A DNA stretch of 62,766 nucleotides, filler included, from Collodictyon triciliatum (Eukaryota), in NCBI GenBank assembly GCA_043381765.1. It is 7 parts of 7 records of this genome, joined end to end, with 100 filler letters (N's around TTAATTAATTAA, not from the genome) between each part and the next. Parts side by side here need not be neighbours in the genome. Positions count along the whole stretch, not along the records: positions 1 to 10,187 come from JBHJMP010002764.1; positions 10,288 to 19,161 come from JBHJMP010002766.1; 5 more parts are not named here. The stretch is one strand, 5' to 3'. Position numbers and translations under genes: made by a program. Shown in pieces: positions 1 to 13,149 of this stretch; position 1 is the first letter of the stretch; the number at the start of each line of letters is the position of its first letter. The notes beneath the pieces were generated by a model that was not told the DNA's origin, made no database searches, and saw only the letters and a list, made by a program, of their open reading frames with translations.

Positions 1-137
1 CCAAGAAACTCTGCGACGCACTGCCACCAGGTGCGAGGCAGGGCAAGAAAGAAGCGGCGGACGGTGCGGACAGGCGCGATGCTGCCCAGGCCGGAGTCGT
101 GGGTTTCGACATTGTCTGAGCCGGCGAGTGTGGCCAT
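1..137 (-). CDS. Aquaporin/MIP channel, 5' part (runs off window start)
   Basis: ATG at 137 gives MATLAGSDNVETHDSGLGSIAPVRTVRRFFLALPRTWWQCVAEFLG; AEFLG is the MIP helix-1 motif. GC-rich coding-like sequence. Confidence 0.75.
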   Translation of the reverse strand, partial: MATLAGSDNVETHDSGLGSIAPVRTVRRFFLALPRTWWQCVAEFL

Positions 138-295
138 CGAGCGCGTGTTTTTTCCTCTGTGGTTTTGAAAGTGGGAAGTGAAGGGTCGATCGCTCTGGAT
201 TATGGGGTAGACAAGGATACCCTCGTCTTCAACCTCTTTTTTCTACTTTTTTTATTTTTATACTCTTTGCGCTTTTTTTTAAAAAAAATTGCATT

Positions 296-385
296 TTTCT
301 TTTCTTTTCTTTTCTTTTCTTTTCTTTTCTTTTCTTTTCTTTTCTTTTCTTTTCTTTTCTTTTCTTTTCTTTTCTTTTCTTTTTT
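296..385. repeat. (TTTTC)n microsatellite
   Basis: Direct reading; source of spurious K/F-rich ORFs. Confidence 0.95.
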
Positions 386-669
386 TTTTACTCTTATACT
401 TTTCATTTTTCACTTTTTCACCGTTTTGATTGGGAAAGTTGATCGTACCGAAACATCCAGATTCCGAGGTACTTTGAGTGTTTGACCCACAGCCCTTTTC
501 ATTCTGCCCTCGAAATAAATGAGTACGTGATGTTTGCGAAAATACCTCAAGTCCTAATCATACCACGCTTGGATGATTTTTTTTTCAATCCTTTTATGCA
601 CCGGATGCAAACTGTGGCGTGTTGGCAGAGTTGCAAGTTTATTCTGCCTTTTATCATGCCTGCCGAGCT

Positions 670-694
670 CTTTGAATCGAATAAAGGAAAAAAA
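670..694 (+). mobile_element. Ultra-short LINE family-B 3' tip
   Basis: CTTTGAATCGAATAAAGG(A)7 flanked by a 17-bp TSD at 653-669/695-711 (2 mismatches). Confidence 0.8.
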
Positions 695-1202
695 ATCATG
701 CATGCCAAGCTTTATCGCACGCTATTGAAGTTGAACCAGGAAGCAGCGATATGTGTACATGCGATTGGTTTATGTTGTATTTATTGTAGACCTTTTGGCA
801 CAAAATTAATTTATCATCTGAAGACTCGTTGTATTTTTCATTCCTACATATAAGGATTTTCAATGCTGCGCGCGGGAAACCAGAAGATGCTTGGCAAAAA
901 AATGGCATATAAGCCAAAGTGGTTTGCTGGGGGATAGTATCAACATAAATAAATCTGCAGTACTTTTAGCCCCTCAGGTGGGCAACCATGTGAATTGGGC
1001 GATTTCAAGGGACTAATATATCAATCTTATTCGGAAGATGATTTGTGACATCCCACCACGGCTTCCTTCTCTCATATTCGCAGAAGGAAATGACGCGGCT
1101 AATATCCATGGATGTATTCGGGAACCGGAATTGCAAAAGATTTTCTTGTCTGTATCTAGTACTCATCATGGTTTAATCGTATTTGTAACTATATCCTAGT
1201 AA

Positions 1203-1950
1203 ATGCCCTACAAAAAATCAAAACATCAACGGTGGGGAGAAACATTAGGCACCACCCACACCCCGCTCACCGCGAGTTGGAGACAAGCACAAACCCCGCA
1301 AGTCCTTCCAAATCACCGCTCTCTAATGCTTGATATCACCAATAGGGAGCTATGGATAGGCACACGCACGGCAAAAGCTGGCAAAGTCTTCCAACAATGC
1401 ACACTTTGCAGCAACGGTGATGTATCCATCGAGCACACATTTGTGCAATGTCCCTTCGCTCAAAAACTGCGGGAAACAGCCGGCGAGATTCTTCGACTGA
1501 CACTCAAGAAGGCTGCGGCTGTTTGTCCAATCCAGGCGATATTTGGGCCTCTGCAACAGCTGCGTCCAGAGGCAAAAACATTCTGGGCAGTGACGCGAGG
1601 CCATTTACTATGGACTATGTGGATAGCACGCACATACTCACGCAAAGCAAGACTCAACAACCAGCCACCCAATTTCCTGATAATATACTGGATGACATCA
1701 TACAAATCTCTTTCCTCAATAGCTTTCTTCGCCACCTGCACGTTCTCTACTACTCAGACGCCGTGAGAAGAGACATGTGGAAAGAGGCTGAGAAAGATAT
1801 TAACCTCGCCTTGTATCTCTCATGCAAGCACAAGACCCTAGCTACAGGCCAAACCGCAGGATGCAGTTGCTGATTACCGACTACTCCGCCAATCACATTT
1901 CATACAGAGCCCATGCGAACGATGGCTAGCGAGTCGCCATCACATCTTCT
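1203..1950 (+). mobile_element. 5'-truncated L1/Tx1-like LINE (family A): ORF2 C-terminal zinc finger plus 3' UTR, frameshifted
   Basis: CTLCSNGDVSIEHTFVQCPFA (zf-RVT-type CxxC..H..C) followed by LLWTMWIAR; close copy at ~46335-46810. Confidence 0.85.
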
Positions 1951-3529
1951 AACGGCGTGTAATGTTTTTAAGAGAACAACTTGAACAGGCTAACAATTCA
2001 ACTTATTAATTGATTGTGTGGATAGCAGGGACTGCATTTGAGAAGAATATGTATCTTTTGGTACTTTCTCATCGTTCATTTGTATGCTCCTGCTAAGTAA
2101 GGATAAGCGAAGGCCATGGCCATTAATCTTGGTCGAACTTTCGCTTGGACTTGGGTCTGCATTGTAACTAATCCCCAAAAGGCCCCCACCTGTAGTAGGC
2201 TTTTGCAGGACACACAAATCAAGCACCGACCCTCGCTTGTGCCATTCTGTCGACAAATACACGCAAGCAATACCGAGAATGCTCGCTCATAACATATGGG
2301 CTCACAGAGGACCAGTGCAAACCGAATCCCTCATCAACCACCCAACACCGCAGGACAAATAAAGCTGCATCCAAAGCATGCATCCAAAGGCTTTGCCCTG
2401 TAGATACCTTTGCAACCTGTCAAACTTGCTCGAGAAATGACATCTTGTATTCCACGCAAGCGAACGTTTGAAATCCATAAGCGATAGAAAGGTCAACTAC
2501 TGTCCACCATAAGCAAAAACTCCTTTGTGTCGCGGTAGTATCTCCAAGTTTATATATATACACATTTGCAAACCATTGATTTATGCCCGTATTTGTCCAT
2601 TTCTAACTGAATTGGGCCCGTGGCTGGCACATGCCAGCGCGTGGTGTGCTCAACGCACCCGTTTAGACAACCACAGATGTCCAAAGCTCTGGCAAAGGAG
2701 ATAGATCCGCAAAATTGATATAGTCTGTTTCTTATTGGCCACCCGCTCTCTGATCCAAACCGAATAGATCATTCGAAACATCAACCTGCGGAAAATGAAA
2801 AGCCTTGGAAGACGCCCGATCACCTACGTGCATATCCTGTCATCTGTCACTTTTCGTGTCTGTGAATATGTATATATATCCCCTCTGTCTTTTTTTTTTT
2901 TTTTTAGATTGGTGTTTATATTTTTATTTTTACAAACTTTCCACGCAAACACCACTATTCCCACGAAGCAACCTACTAGGCCTTTGGGAATCAATCCTTG
3001 CCAGGGTTGGTGAAGTCTTGATCCCAAGCTCCTTGCTCTCCTGGAGGGTTGTTTTTAATATTGCTCGTTGAATTTCTTTTTGTGCTAGTCTATATTGTGT
3101 AATGATTTTCTAAATAGTAATAATAATAATAATAATAAAAAAAAAAAGCAAGTGGGTCAAACAAGACAACGATATTTTAAGTATCCACCCCATGGTTCTT
3201 GTCAGCAATGAGGACGAGAAAAATATCAAGGAGGGCTAAGGTCAATATGACTGCCCCTGACAATCATTAGGGTGTGTATTTAGAGAGTGGCAATGATCCC
3301 TTAATTACCTTTAGTATTATCCGTTGAAGGCGACCCGACCAAAGTTTGGGAATAAAGCGAGAAAACCAGAAAACAAGACCTGCGGTGACCGATCAAAACT
3401 TAATGACCTACGAATCACGCCCCCTGAGTGATCCTGGCCCGGCCCCATACGAATTTAAGCCAGTCGGTAAGCTAGCTTTTACTTTCTTTTCTTTTCTTTT
3501 CTTTTCTTTTACTATATTTTCCTTTGTTT

Positions 3530-3599
3530 TCTTTCTCTTTCTCTTTCTCTTTCTCTTTCTCTTTCTCTTTCTCTTTCTCTTTCTCTTTCTCTTTCTCTT

Positions 3600-3630
<31 letters not shown>

Positions 3631-3875
3631 TTCTCTCTTTCTCTCTTTCTCATTCTCTTTCTCTTTCTCTTTCTCTTTCTCTTTCTCTTTCTCATTCTCT
3701 TTTTCTTTCTCTTTTTCTTTCTCTTTCTCTTTCTCTTATAATTGCGAGTTTTTTATTTTCTTTTCTATTTTCTCTTTTCTTTTCTCTTTCTCTTTTATAT
3801 CTTATTCATTTTTCTTTTTCTGTTTCTGTTTCTGTTTCTGTTTCTGCTTCTGTTTCTGCTTCTGTTTCTGTTTCT
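3530..3875. repeat. (TTTCTC)n / (TTTCTG)n microsatellites
   Basis: Direct reading. Confidence 0.95.
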
Positions 3876-4020
3876 GTTATCTCTTCATCTCTTCAATATC
3901 CCTACCATCATACCAGAAGCCAAACAAACCAAAACACTGCATTAAATAACAAAGAGCATCTATCACACAGGCCGCAGCCGACTCTATGCCCTGCGCTCAG
4001 ACAGCGCGACCTCCGGCGAC

Positions 4021-5345
4021 ATGGCACCCACCCGCTTCCTCGGAAGCTTCTCAGACGTAAGCAGCGGCAGCCCAAGCAACACGGGCAGCCACTCGTCAGG
4101 CATCGGGACAGGGACAGGGGCAGGGGCAGGGGCAGGAATAGCAACAGCAGCATCTGTGGGTGTTGGGCGCAGGCGACGCAGCTGGACGCGCGAGGAGGAC
4201 GAGCGACTGACGCACGCAGTGCAGACGCTGGGCAGCGACAGTTGGCAGCGGATTGCGGATGCGATGGGGCGCACGCGGACACGGGACCAATGCTACCAAC
4301 GCTGGGTGCGGGCGCTGCGGCCGGGCATCCGCAAAGGCGCGTGGACCGAAGAGGAAGATGCGATTCTGCGGGCCCGTGTGGAGATCTATGGGGTCGGATG
4401 CTGGCGTGAAATCGCAAAGGGCCTCGACGGCCGGACGGACCAGCAGTGTCGCCGCCATTGGTCTCTCGTCCGCGACAAGAGCCGCACGCAGCATCGCATG
4501 CAGGGCGACAGTCCGACCCATCTGCATCACTCCGACGAGAGTGATGGCGATGCTGATGCTGATGCTGATGGTGAGGAACATCATGATGCCGCCAATGACA
4601 TGGACCTCTGCGTGGACCAGGACGAAGGTGATGCAGCTGCGGTCACCCCGGGTGTTGAGCCGTGTCTGCCTCTCTTTGCCTTTCGCAGCGCGAGTAGGGG
4701 TTCTCGTGTCTGGGCCCTTGATGGTGTGTTTGTTTGTTTGCTTATTTTCGGTGGAAATCGGCATATCTCCTCTCACAGCATATCGACCCCAATGACATTT
4801 GTATTTGATGGCGATGTTGATTTGTTGTTTCTTTTTTCTTTCGTTAGACATGTGTATCTATATGCGTGGAATCACATCTGGTGTGGTAGATTCATATCTT
4901 TATTGCCCGCTCTGTCTCATATGCTCTATCTGATGTATGTGTGATTGTAGACGAATATGATGAGGTCCAAGGAAACCCGATGCTCTCCCTGGGGGTTACA
5001 GGCAGCAGGAAGGCTACAACCGTCCAGAACTCGCTTGTCGATTTGGCAAATATTGCTGCCCGCTTTTCTACTATAGGGCCAGAAAGGGACTCATATTTGC
5101 CCTCCTACCAAGAAGACATCCAACTCCAGTCTGAAGTCCAATCAGCGCCCATCCGCCCTCATCCGATTCACCCACATGCAGTCCCTTTGCCATATGCTAC
5201 AGGGATTCCACACCAGTATTCCTCCCGAATACAAAAACACCACTCTGCACAGGGACAAAGTCAACCCTCAGAGCAGCGCCAGAGTCGAGACTCAAATTCT
5301 GGGGGAACGGGATGGCGTATTTCGATTAGCTCATTGCTCAATTAA
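4021..5345 (+). CDS. Two-repeat (R2R3-type) Myb transcription factor; exons 4021-4651 and 4951-5345
   Basis: SWTREEDERL..W..IA..MGRTRTRDQCYQRW and KGAWTEEEDAIL..W..IA..GRTDQQCRRHW; a phase-1 GT-AG intron joins this to the DEYDE...ISSLLN* exon. Confidence 0.9.
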
Positions 5346-6060
5346 GACTCCAATATATACACTCACTCACTCACTCACTCGCCCATTCTCACTCTATATC
5401 AATATGTTTTTCTCTCTTTGGAATCTCCCCACTTGACTATTTTTGAATTGCCTTTCTCGGGCTGTCACAGACAACCGAGCGCTGAAATACGTTGCCTCTT
5501 TATAATTAGTCTCACCGCACCGTTTATACACTACCCCCTCCTCTTTGCTGCTCTCCCGCATACTCTTACCTTATGACTTTGTGCCCAAGGAGAAGCGCTT
5601 TGCAACGAGGGAGAAATCATCACTATTAAAAATATATTTGTTATCGCATTATTGGTTTGTGGTTTTGTTAATAACTATGATAACGGCTTTTGTGCATTTT
5701 TTTCCCCTCTTAATATGGCGTGCGTATTTTTTTTTCCCTCGAGGCCCAAACAGATGAACATTCCTTTATGAATCCAAGATAGGAACAGAGTGGGAAAAAA
5801 AGGAGGGTTTATTCCAATCGCAGCACGATAATGATGGAAGCTTATGGAGAAATATTGTTACGCCACAAACGAAAAACATATATAATGAAAAGAAAGACAA
5901 GTGTGGATAATGAAGCAGATTGTAGAATTTTCATTTTCAATCAAACCTCTTTCCTGATTATTTGTTTGGTGTATTTCGTTGGTTGGTTTTGTTGTTGGTA
6001 AGTAGGAATAAGAAAGCGAATAAACTCGATGGAAGAACTTTGTGATATGTGTTTTTGTTT

Positions 6061-6091
<31 letters not shown>

Positions 6092-6134
6092 GACTTGTGA
6101 AGGATTCTCTCAAACAGAGGAAAACATCAAGTAA

Positions 6135-6276
6135 TCAGTATCCCTCGTTACTGAAAGAAATATCTGAATAGTTTGCGAAATGTCTCTTCAGTATCTCGAC
6201 GGCCTCTGCGTGGTTGGCCTGTCCATATGCGACTGAATACCCGTATACCAGTATCTTTTTCGAGTTTGGACTGTAT

Positions 6277-6308
<32 letters not shown>

Positions 6309-7012
6309 TTTTCATTTTAGAGAACTCTTTAAATTCACTAACAAACTATCAGACATTCAACTAAATTCGTCGATCGGAAGGATGAGTAAGTAAAAAAATA
6401 TTAAAAAAATTGATAAATTGTTCGCAGTGTGGAAGATGAAATGGATCAAGAAAAAAAAAACGTATTAAGCTACAGACTCATGATTAATTCTTCCACCGCC
6501 ATTGACATCTACTTTGAGACCTATTTGTGAGAGCTCAGCTTTCACCTCCTGAAAGATATCATCGTGGTATTCGGCACGGCTCCATCCACGTACAAGACTC
6601 TTTGAAGAGCCAGTCCTGTCCGATGCTGTTAGCATTACATACTTGAAAACTCCTGCGTATTTTTCCAGTGGTAATCATTTCTTTAGATAGTGGCTATAGT
6701 TATCTTCACTATATGGTTTTGCGTGATGTGAAAGAAATTGAAGCGGGGTATGAGGGGATAAATTAATATATGCGTTTATATCAGCTAGCGAGGGGCATAA
6801 AAAAACAACAACATTTAATTGAAGATTGAAATATGCAGTATAATCACACATGAAAACATTCCCATTTCGTTAATACTGAAAAGAAATTAATGAATAGTTA
6901 AACAAAAAGGAATAAATAGTAGGAAAATCTTGCGAAAGATAAATGTAAGAATGGAAAATATATGATATTAAAGTATATATCTCTACTCTAAACACAGAAA
7001 AGACGACAAAAA

Positions 7013-7043
<31 letters not shown>

Positions 7044-7089
7044 AATACAAACCTCTGGCATCGATGACAACTTCTGGAACCGATTCCAT
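6135..7089 (-). CDS. PHPT1: 14-kDa phosphohistidine phosphatase (Janus/Ocnus family), 3 exons
   Basis: Spliced product MESVPEVVIDARGVFKYV...VRGWSRAEYHDDI...GGGRINHD...VYGYSVAYGQANH...FSNEGY*; all family motifs present. Confidence 0.95.
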
Positions 7090-7147
7090 CGTTCTTTTAT
7101 GCCTTTTTTTTTTCTGGTTTTTATTATTGTGGTACGCTGATGGTGGC

Positions 7148-7228
<81 letters not shown>

Positions 7229-7953
7229 AACCTGTCCAGGTACCATTATGAATTAGAACCATGATTACGCTTCTTTAAAAAAACACACAATAATAGACGA
7301 ATAAACTCCACCAAGGAGGCGAAATACTGGTCGCGCAATCAACTATATTAATGTATTAAGCCTTGAGAAAAAAATATAGAGAAAAATATGATAAGAGAGA
7401 CGAAATTAAATAAATATTAGAAAGAAAAGAGAGCAGGGGTAAATGAAAGTAAAGAAAGCATCGGTATGAATGAAGCGGAAAAAAGAGAGAAGGAAAAGAA
7501 TTCAAGTTAAATGAAGTAATTCTCCACGCCCAGGCAACATAGACCCGATCAAATAATCCAATCAGCCCTGATCAAACCCGCCAAAGCCATTTTTGAGCAA
7601 ACGGACACACCGCCCAAAAACAAATTTAGTGCGGCAGAATAAGAGGGAAGGAAAAAGGGAACAGACAAAGGCAACAATCGGCGGTGGGTTTTGCTATGTG
7701 TTGAAACTGTGTCTAACAGAAAAAAAAAAAGAAAAAAAAAACACCTGGATTGCTCTTAATTCCAACCACTGTTCTCTTTGCATCCGACATCATAGAGTCA
7801 TTCACTCTCCACAAATCACAAATCCACCATAAGCCTAACCCCTCCTGCAACCACAACATTGTTCTCAGGCAGGAAGGAGCATAGGGTTGTTGCATCCAAC
7901 ACACAGTTTATTCAACCGGATTCGCATTGTGATTTTCGCTACGATGCATGCGT

Positions 7954-9250
7954 CTACTCTGCTCGGGGCTGCTGGATGAGCTCGATCCAATAACCATCGG
8001 GGTCGGCAACGAAGGCGATTTCGCCCGTTTCGCCAAAGGGCCCCGGCTGGCGCACAATCTTGAACCCGGCTTCCTCAAACTTCTTGGCGGCGCCATAAAT
8101 GTCCGACGAGGTGTATCCAATATGACCTGCGCAGGATAGCGATTTAGAGTGCTAAACTACTGTTCTTATTTAAAAAAAAAAAAAGAAGGAACCTCCTCAT
8201 TTCTCTTTTGTTAAACAGATGAAAAAAAAAAAAAGATATATGTCAAAGAACAGGCAGCTAATGGCATAATGTTATCGCTAATTGCAACTTTTATTTGAGG
8301 TCGCTGTTATTTCCATAATTTTTTTTAAAAAAAAAAAAAAGAAAAAGAAAAAAAGAGGGATTAAATCCAAACCAAATCCGCGGGGCTCCGAGTTTCCATT
8401 GTGGTAGGCGAACGACTCGTTCGACTCAGTGCCATAGTTGTGAGTGAGTTCCAGAGTCTAGGGGGAAATCAAAGGCTTTTTCAAAACGCGCGCAGGACAT
8501 GCAAAACATGAACGTCCATCAAGTAGTCAACAATATCTGGATGCCTTTTGTTGCTGCGCTAAGCTCTGAGTTACCATGTATTTGCGGGACCACAACCAGC
8601 GTGCCTTCTCGGACTGGGGAGCGTCCTCTGCTGGGGGCTGATCATCGGTGTAGGCCAAAAAGTAGAGGCTGAAGGCCTTCTCGGGGAAGTCAAGCTGTGG
8701 TGATATTCGATGAAGCAAGATGAGATATAGGTATGAGACTCGGGTGATAAGCAACCTATCTTCTATACTATAATGTGGCATGATATTCGCCCTGGGTGCC
8801 TGGCTGCCAAACTTGTGAATAAACATGATAGAGTTTGGGGAATAGACAGGATTCATTCTTGGATAACAGGTGCGGATCTTCACCTTGAGAAGGAACTTCA
8901 TTCCGCATAGGCGCTCGTAGAAGTCCACGCTCTTTTTGGGATCCTTGACACGCAACATGACTGGGTGGGTTTGACGAGTTTTTATCATGAGGACAGGGAA
9001 AGCTTTGCTTCATGAAAAAGCGAGGTGGTCTCTATATCGGAGACAATGGTGATGTTTGACATGTTGGGATTATACGGAGAGGTGTGAGTAAGTTCTGTAT
9101 CAGAGGACTCCTGGGACGAACCTTGCGCAAAGACAGGGTTGGAAATGGCTGGTCCGGACATTAGCGATGCAGACAGTGACGCTTGGCTAAATGGAGTGGA
9201 CATTAGATGGAGAAAGAGAATTCCCGACCTTCCTCAGGGACAGGCGCCAT
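7954..9250 (-). CDS. GLO1: Glyoxalase I (lactoylglutathione lyase), 6 coding exons
   Basis: [54 protein letters not shown] motifs, joined by GT-AG introns. Confidence 0.95.
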
Positions 9251-10187
9251 AGGCTGGTTTTGATGAACCTGCTCAGTCCGTCCTATTTCATTATTGGCAG
9301 GTCTTCCTGTCGTCGGCTTGTTTTCCAGAACAAACGGCTGCTCTGGCTGAAGCCGCTTAAAAGCCAATTGAACCGGACACCCTGCCTTTAAAGCCCCGAC
9401 CACGCTCCAGATTTCACCGCAAGTTTTGTAGAACCTTCGATCGTGGGCTGCGCACACACAACTTCAGAGCGCCCATCCTATGTGTCATGCAAGCGAAGCG
9501 GGATAAGACAGCACCGAAAGGTGTGGGAACATGAAAAAAACCCCCATGCGTTCAAAAGCGGAATTTATAAGTAAATATATAATATTTGTGATAATTATCA
9601 TCAATTTTGATTATGTATATTCAATTACCTCCAGTATATTGTATAAATAATGCATACATTGAATTATGTAGTGACGGGTGATGTTTAATTTTAAACCGAT
9701 GCATCTCAACGGAATCAGCTTTTCTGGAATAAGCACATATATGGAACAGAGCCGCGCACATCTCGCACAAATCTCCGTTGATGACGTGGTCTGTTGTAGC
9801 CGTAAAATTACAACTTTCCAACAAGCAGGACGCATACTCATTCTCTGTTTGGAAAGCAACGGACTACTCTTATTTTCTGCGATAGTTTACGTGAGGATAT
9901 CCGACTTGTGTTTGCTCAGCTTTATTACTGCTTTATTTTTTTTTTCCTGTTACTCTATTTTCACTCATTATTATCGGCCGTCTCTGAGGTGTAGCCAGCC
10001 ATGTTTCCTTCCTCTCTGTTCCTCTCTTTATCCGCCCGAGTGGTTGATCGATTCGCTTGAGAAGTATTTCCTATCCGCCTTTCCGTTTTTTATCTCCTTT
10101 TCTCATTGATTTATGTAGCGAATGATGGTCCAGTTTTTCTTTTTTTTTCTTTTTTTTTTGTTTCATCTATATTTTTTTTTTCCGATT

Positions 10188-10287
10188 NNNNNNNNNNNNN
10201 NNNNNNNNNNNNNNNNNNNNNNNNNNNNNNNTTAATTAATTAANNNNNNNNNNNNNNNNNNNNNNNNNNNNNNNNNNNNNNNNNNNN
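10188..10287. other. Artificial 100-bp scaffold linker N44-TTAATTAATTAA-N44 (also 19162-19261, 29442-29541, 39715-39814, 49989-50088, 60257-60356)
   Basis: Identical structure six times; the core carries stop codons in all frames. Confidence 0.97.
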
Positions 10288-10448
10288 TCAAACACAAAAC
10301 AAAGAAAGTAAAACAAAAAAAAACCCCCCCCACCCCAAAAAAAAAAAAAAAAAAATCCCTGAAAAAACCGGAACCCCTATTTCTTGCGACGAGGAAGATT
10401 TATCTAAAATAACTGCCAAACCAGAAATCAGGCCCGCTCCGATGATAG

Positions 10449-11803
10449 ATGGTTTGCTTTTGTGTTGCTTTGCATCGCTGAATGCATTCTTCGATGCATT
10501 GAAAGAGCGATTGAGATCTTCAATTACTTCGCATATATCCAGGTATGTTTTGCTTGTCTTATTTAACCCTCTCTTATGTAAATACGGATATGCGAAAGCA
10601 TAGCTTCTCTTAAATTGAGTGTAACTAGATCGCCATTTATGGATCGTCCTTCATTCAAGCTGGAAAAGATTCATGGAACTTATTCAAGACTAGTGGTGTT
10701 GGTCTGTAACTTTTATAAGCAAATTCCTGTATAATAAAACATCACCAGTTTTCAATATATACACATCCATCACATTAGTCAGAAAATGCAGTATTCAAGG
10801 TGGCTGATTACCTATTTCTTGATCAATTGTTATCTACTTAGTGTAGTGTGACTGATTTTTTTTCGTCTTGCTACTTTGTGTTTATTCATCATGTTAACAT
10901 ATGTGCTACTCACATTCCCCCAGATGTCATGGTAAACGATTGTTTGGTTGACGGTGTCATATCCCTTCTATGTGCTGTCGGTGGATTGTTCACTGCACTG
11001 GCCACTGGTGTTTGGTATGCGACCACCATCGGGGGCGATGCTTGGTAAATAATGATGAAAACTTTTTATTTGGGTTATCTATTTTTATCGTTAGTATAAC
11101 CCAATATGGCCCTGTAAGGAATTTCTATAAGAAGGGAAATATACTATCGAAAAGTGTAAAATATATCTGATCCAGAGAAACGGTCTGCTAATCTCAATTA
11201 TCTTATATTTAAACGGCGAAAAAGGTTACTTGTGTCTCTCCTTGGATTCGTCGTTGGCTTTGTGGTCAGTACTTTCAGAACTGATATAGACAGTCTCTTA
11301 CAAGTTTCCTCTCTTTATAAAATCTGTATTTTGAAATTTTAATAAATTGTGAGCATTCGCTATATGGTGTAGACCTTTACCTCAGCCCGGCTCTTAAAAC
11401 AAACAAACAAACAAACAAACAAACAAACAAACAAACAAACAAACAAACAAACAAACAAACAAACAAACAAAATAGAATATCACCGCACTCGTGATGGGAC
11501 ATATATATTCGTACTGAATGGATATTAAATAATAGTAATAAAAAACATTTAAATATCCCTATCCTTTTCAGATTCTCACCCTTGTGATGAGTGTTGTGGA
11601 TTGTGGAGTCAACACCATTTTCGTTTGCTATGCAGAGGTTAGTTGGAATAGCCTCTTGTGTAGACACGTTATGCAAAATTTTCTGTCTTGTTTGGCTCAT
11701 CCTCGCTCAACGCCCTACATCCTTGTTTATTTAGGACCCCAACGCACTCGTCCAAAGCAATCCGAAGTTGGCTGACCACTTCCGCTCTGTGCAGCACCAC
11801 TAA
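10449..11803 (+). CDS. Choline transporter-like (SLC44/PNS1) protein, 3' part
   Basis: Spliced: ..CILRCIERAIEIFNYFAYIQIAIYGSSFIQAGKDSWNLF..VNDCLV..MSVVDCGVNTIFVCYAEDP..HH*. Confidence 0.9.
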
Positions 11804-12239
11804 GCCCTCACTTGCCTTTGTCAGATGCACAGAGTCAACTCTAAATCTGAATACAGCAAATACTTTTCACCTACAACCAGTGAGCTTAATTCCAGAATAA
11901 ATGGAATGAAATATGAAGTACGGTCTTTTTCTATTCGAAATTTCTGCGATGCTCCTACCAGCGGTCGCTTTTTGCCTCAAAGCGCCGCATTGTTTAATTC
12001 CCTCCTCTGGGTGTGGGTACACACAAAGGCATCCCCTAAGCGAGGATTGATATGAACTCACTTATCTTCTGAAAACTTTTTATTTAAATCATGTGTACTC
12101 GTGATCACAATGTGCCGATAAGGACTCCTCCTCCACCTCCGCCTCCGCCACCGCCGCCACTCGATTATAGCGAGCTGCCGTTATCTCTAACTTTTTTGTG
12201 TTGTTTTCCAATCGATTGAATCGCCACATTGGCCGATAC

Positions 12240-12766
12240 AAGCCTTTGTTACACATATACCTGTCTTCTTTTAACTCAGCACGTCTGACATCCTGTTTGG
12301 CGCACAATACCAAATGACCCACGACTCTAGAATACTCTGGGCAGTCACAAGGGGACATATGCTGTGGTCCTTATGGAGTGTGCGTGCATTCTCTCGCTCT
12401 AATGATTCATCCGAACGAGAAATCAATGTATACAGGCTTTAAGGACTCGTGAAATACAGCTTCCTGGACAGCCTGCTGAAACACGCCCGCATTCTTCGCT
12501 ACTCTGACCGCAAGCGAAGAGAGATGTGGGAATGTGTCGTGCGATATCTCCCACAGCATATCCAACCCCTTCTACCCACGCAGCCAATCAACCAGTTGGG
12601 TCGCCCACCTGACCAACTCGCTATCACTGATTTCTTTCCAGCGCTAGCCCCTCCACGGTAGTGTCTTCTCTTACTCGCGTTTGCTCTCTACCATGCGCAC
12701 CCATCCCGCCCCTTTGTATGGCATAACCTCGCTGCACTTTGAACAGCAACAGCAACAGCAACGAAT
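12240..12766 (+). mobile_element. Degenerate 3' end of LINE family B
   Basis: ILWAVTRGHMLWSLW..SFLDSLLKH..YSDRKRREMW aligns with the family-A protein; ends in TGTATGGCATAACCTCGCTGCACTTTGAA, the motif of the short tips. Confidence 0.75.
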
Positions 12767-13149
12767 ATATATATCGCTTCCTTCTACAGTGTCATAAATT
12801 TCTCAGCGATTGCCAGTCGGTGAAGGCGTGTAGAGCTCTCTTCTTCATATTCCCTGGTGCAGCCCTAACCCTAACGCTTTAAATCATGTTTTCATGGGCA
12901 TGGGACGCTATGTTTGTTAGGGTAGGCCTATACAAAAAGCAAGCTCAGGGAATCCCTTCCATTTCCCGTACTTTACTTTGTTCAAGCGATCATAATATCT
13001 GCTTATCTATTTCAGTCAGAAGAGGAGAGCCTGTTTATTTCCTCGTATCATAACCGCCTTTTCATATATTACCCTTTCATCCAGCAGTGCAGTGAAAGTC
13101 GGAAATAAGAGCTCAGGCGCGGTGTAATCACGACCTTTCTATTCTTTGC

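Noticed and set aside
159-485. F/K/R-rich ORFs here and at 3346-3949, 6870-7264, 31940-32835, 41471-41887, 44216-44471, 48617-49053, 58169-58447
   Set aside because: Translations of simple-sequence repeats in introns or intergenic DNA.
12863-12875. CCCTAACCCTAAC telomere-like motif
   Set aside because: Only two units, internal; expected by chance.
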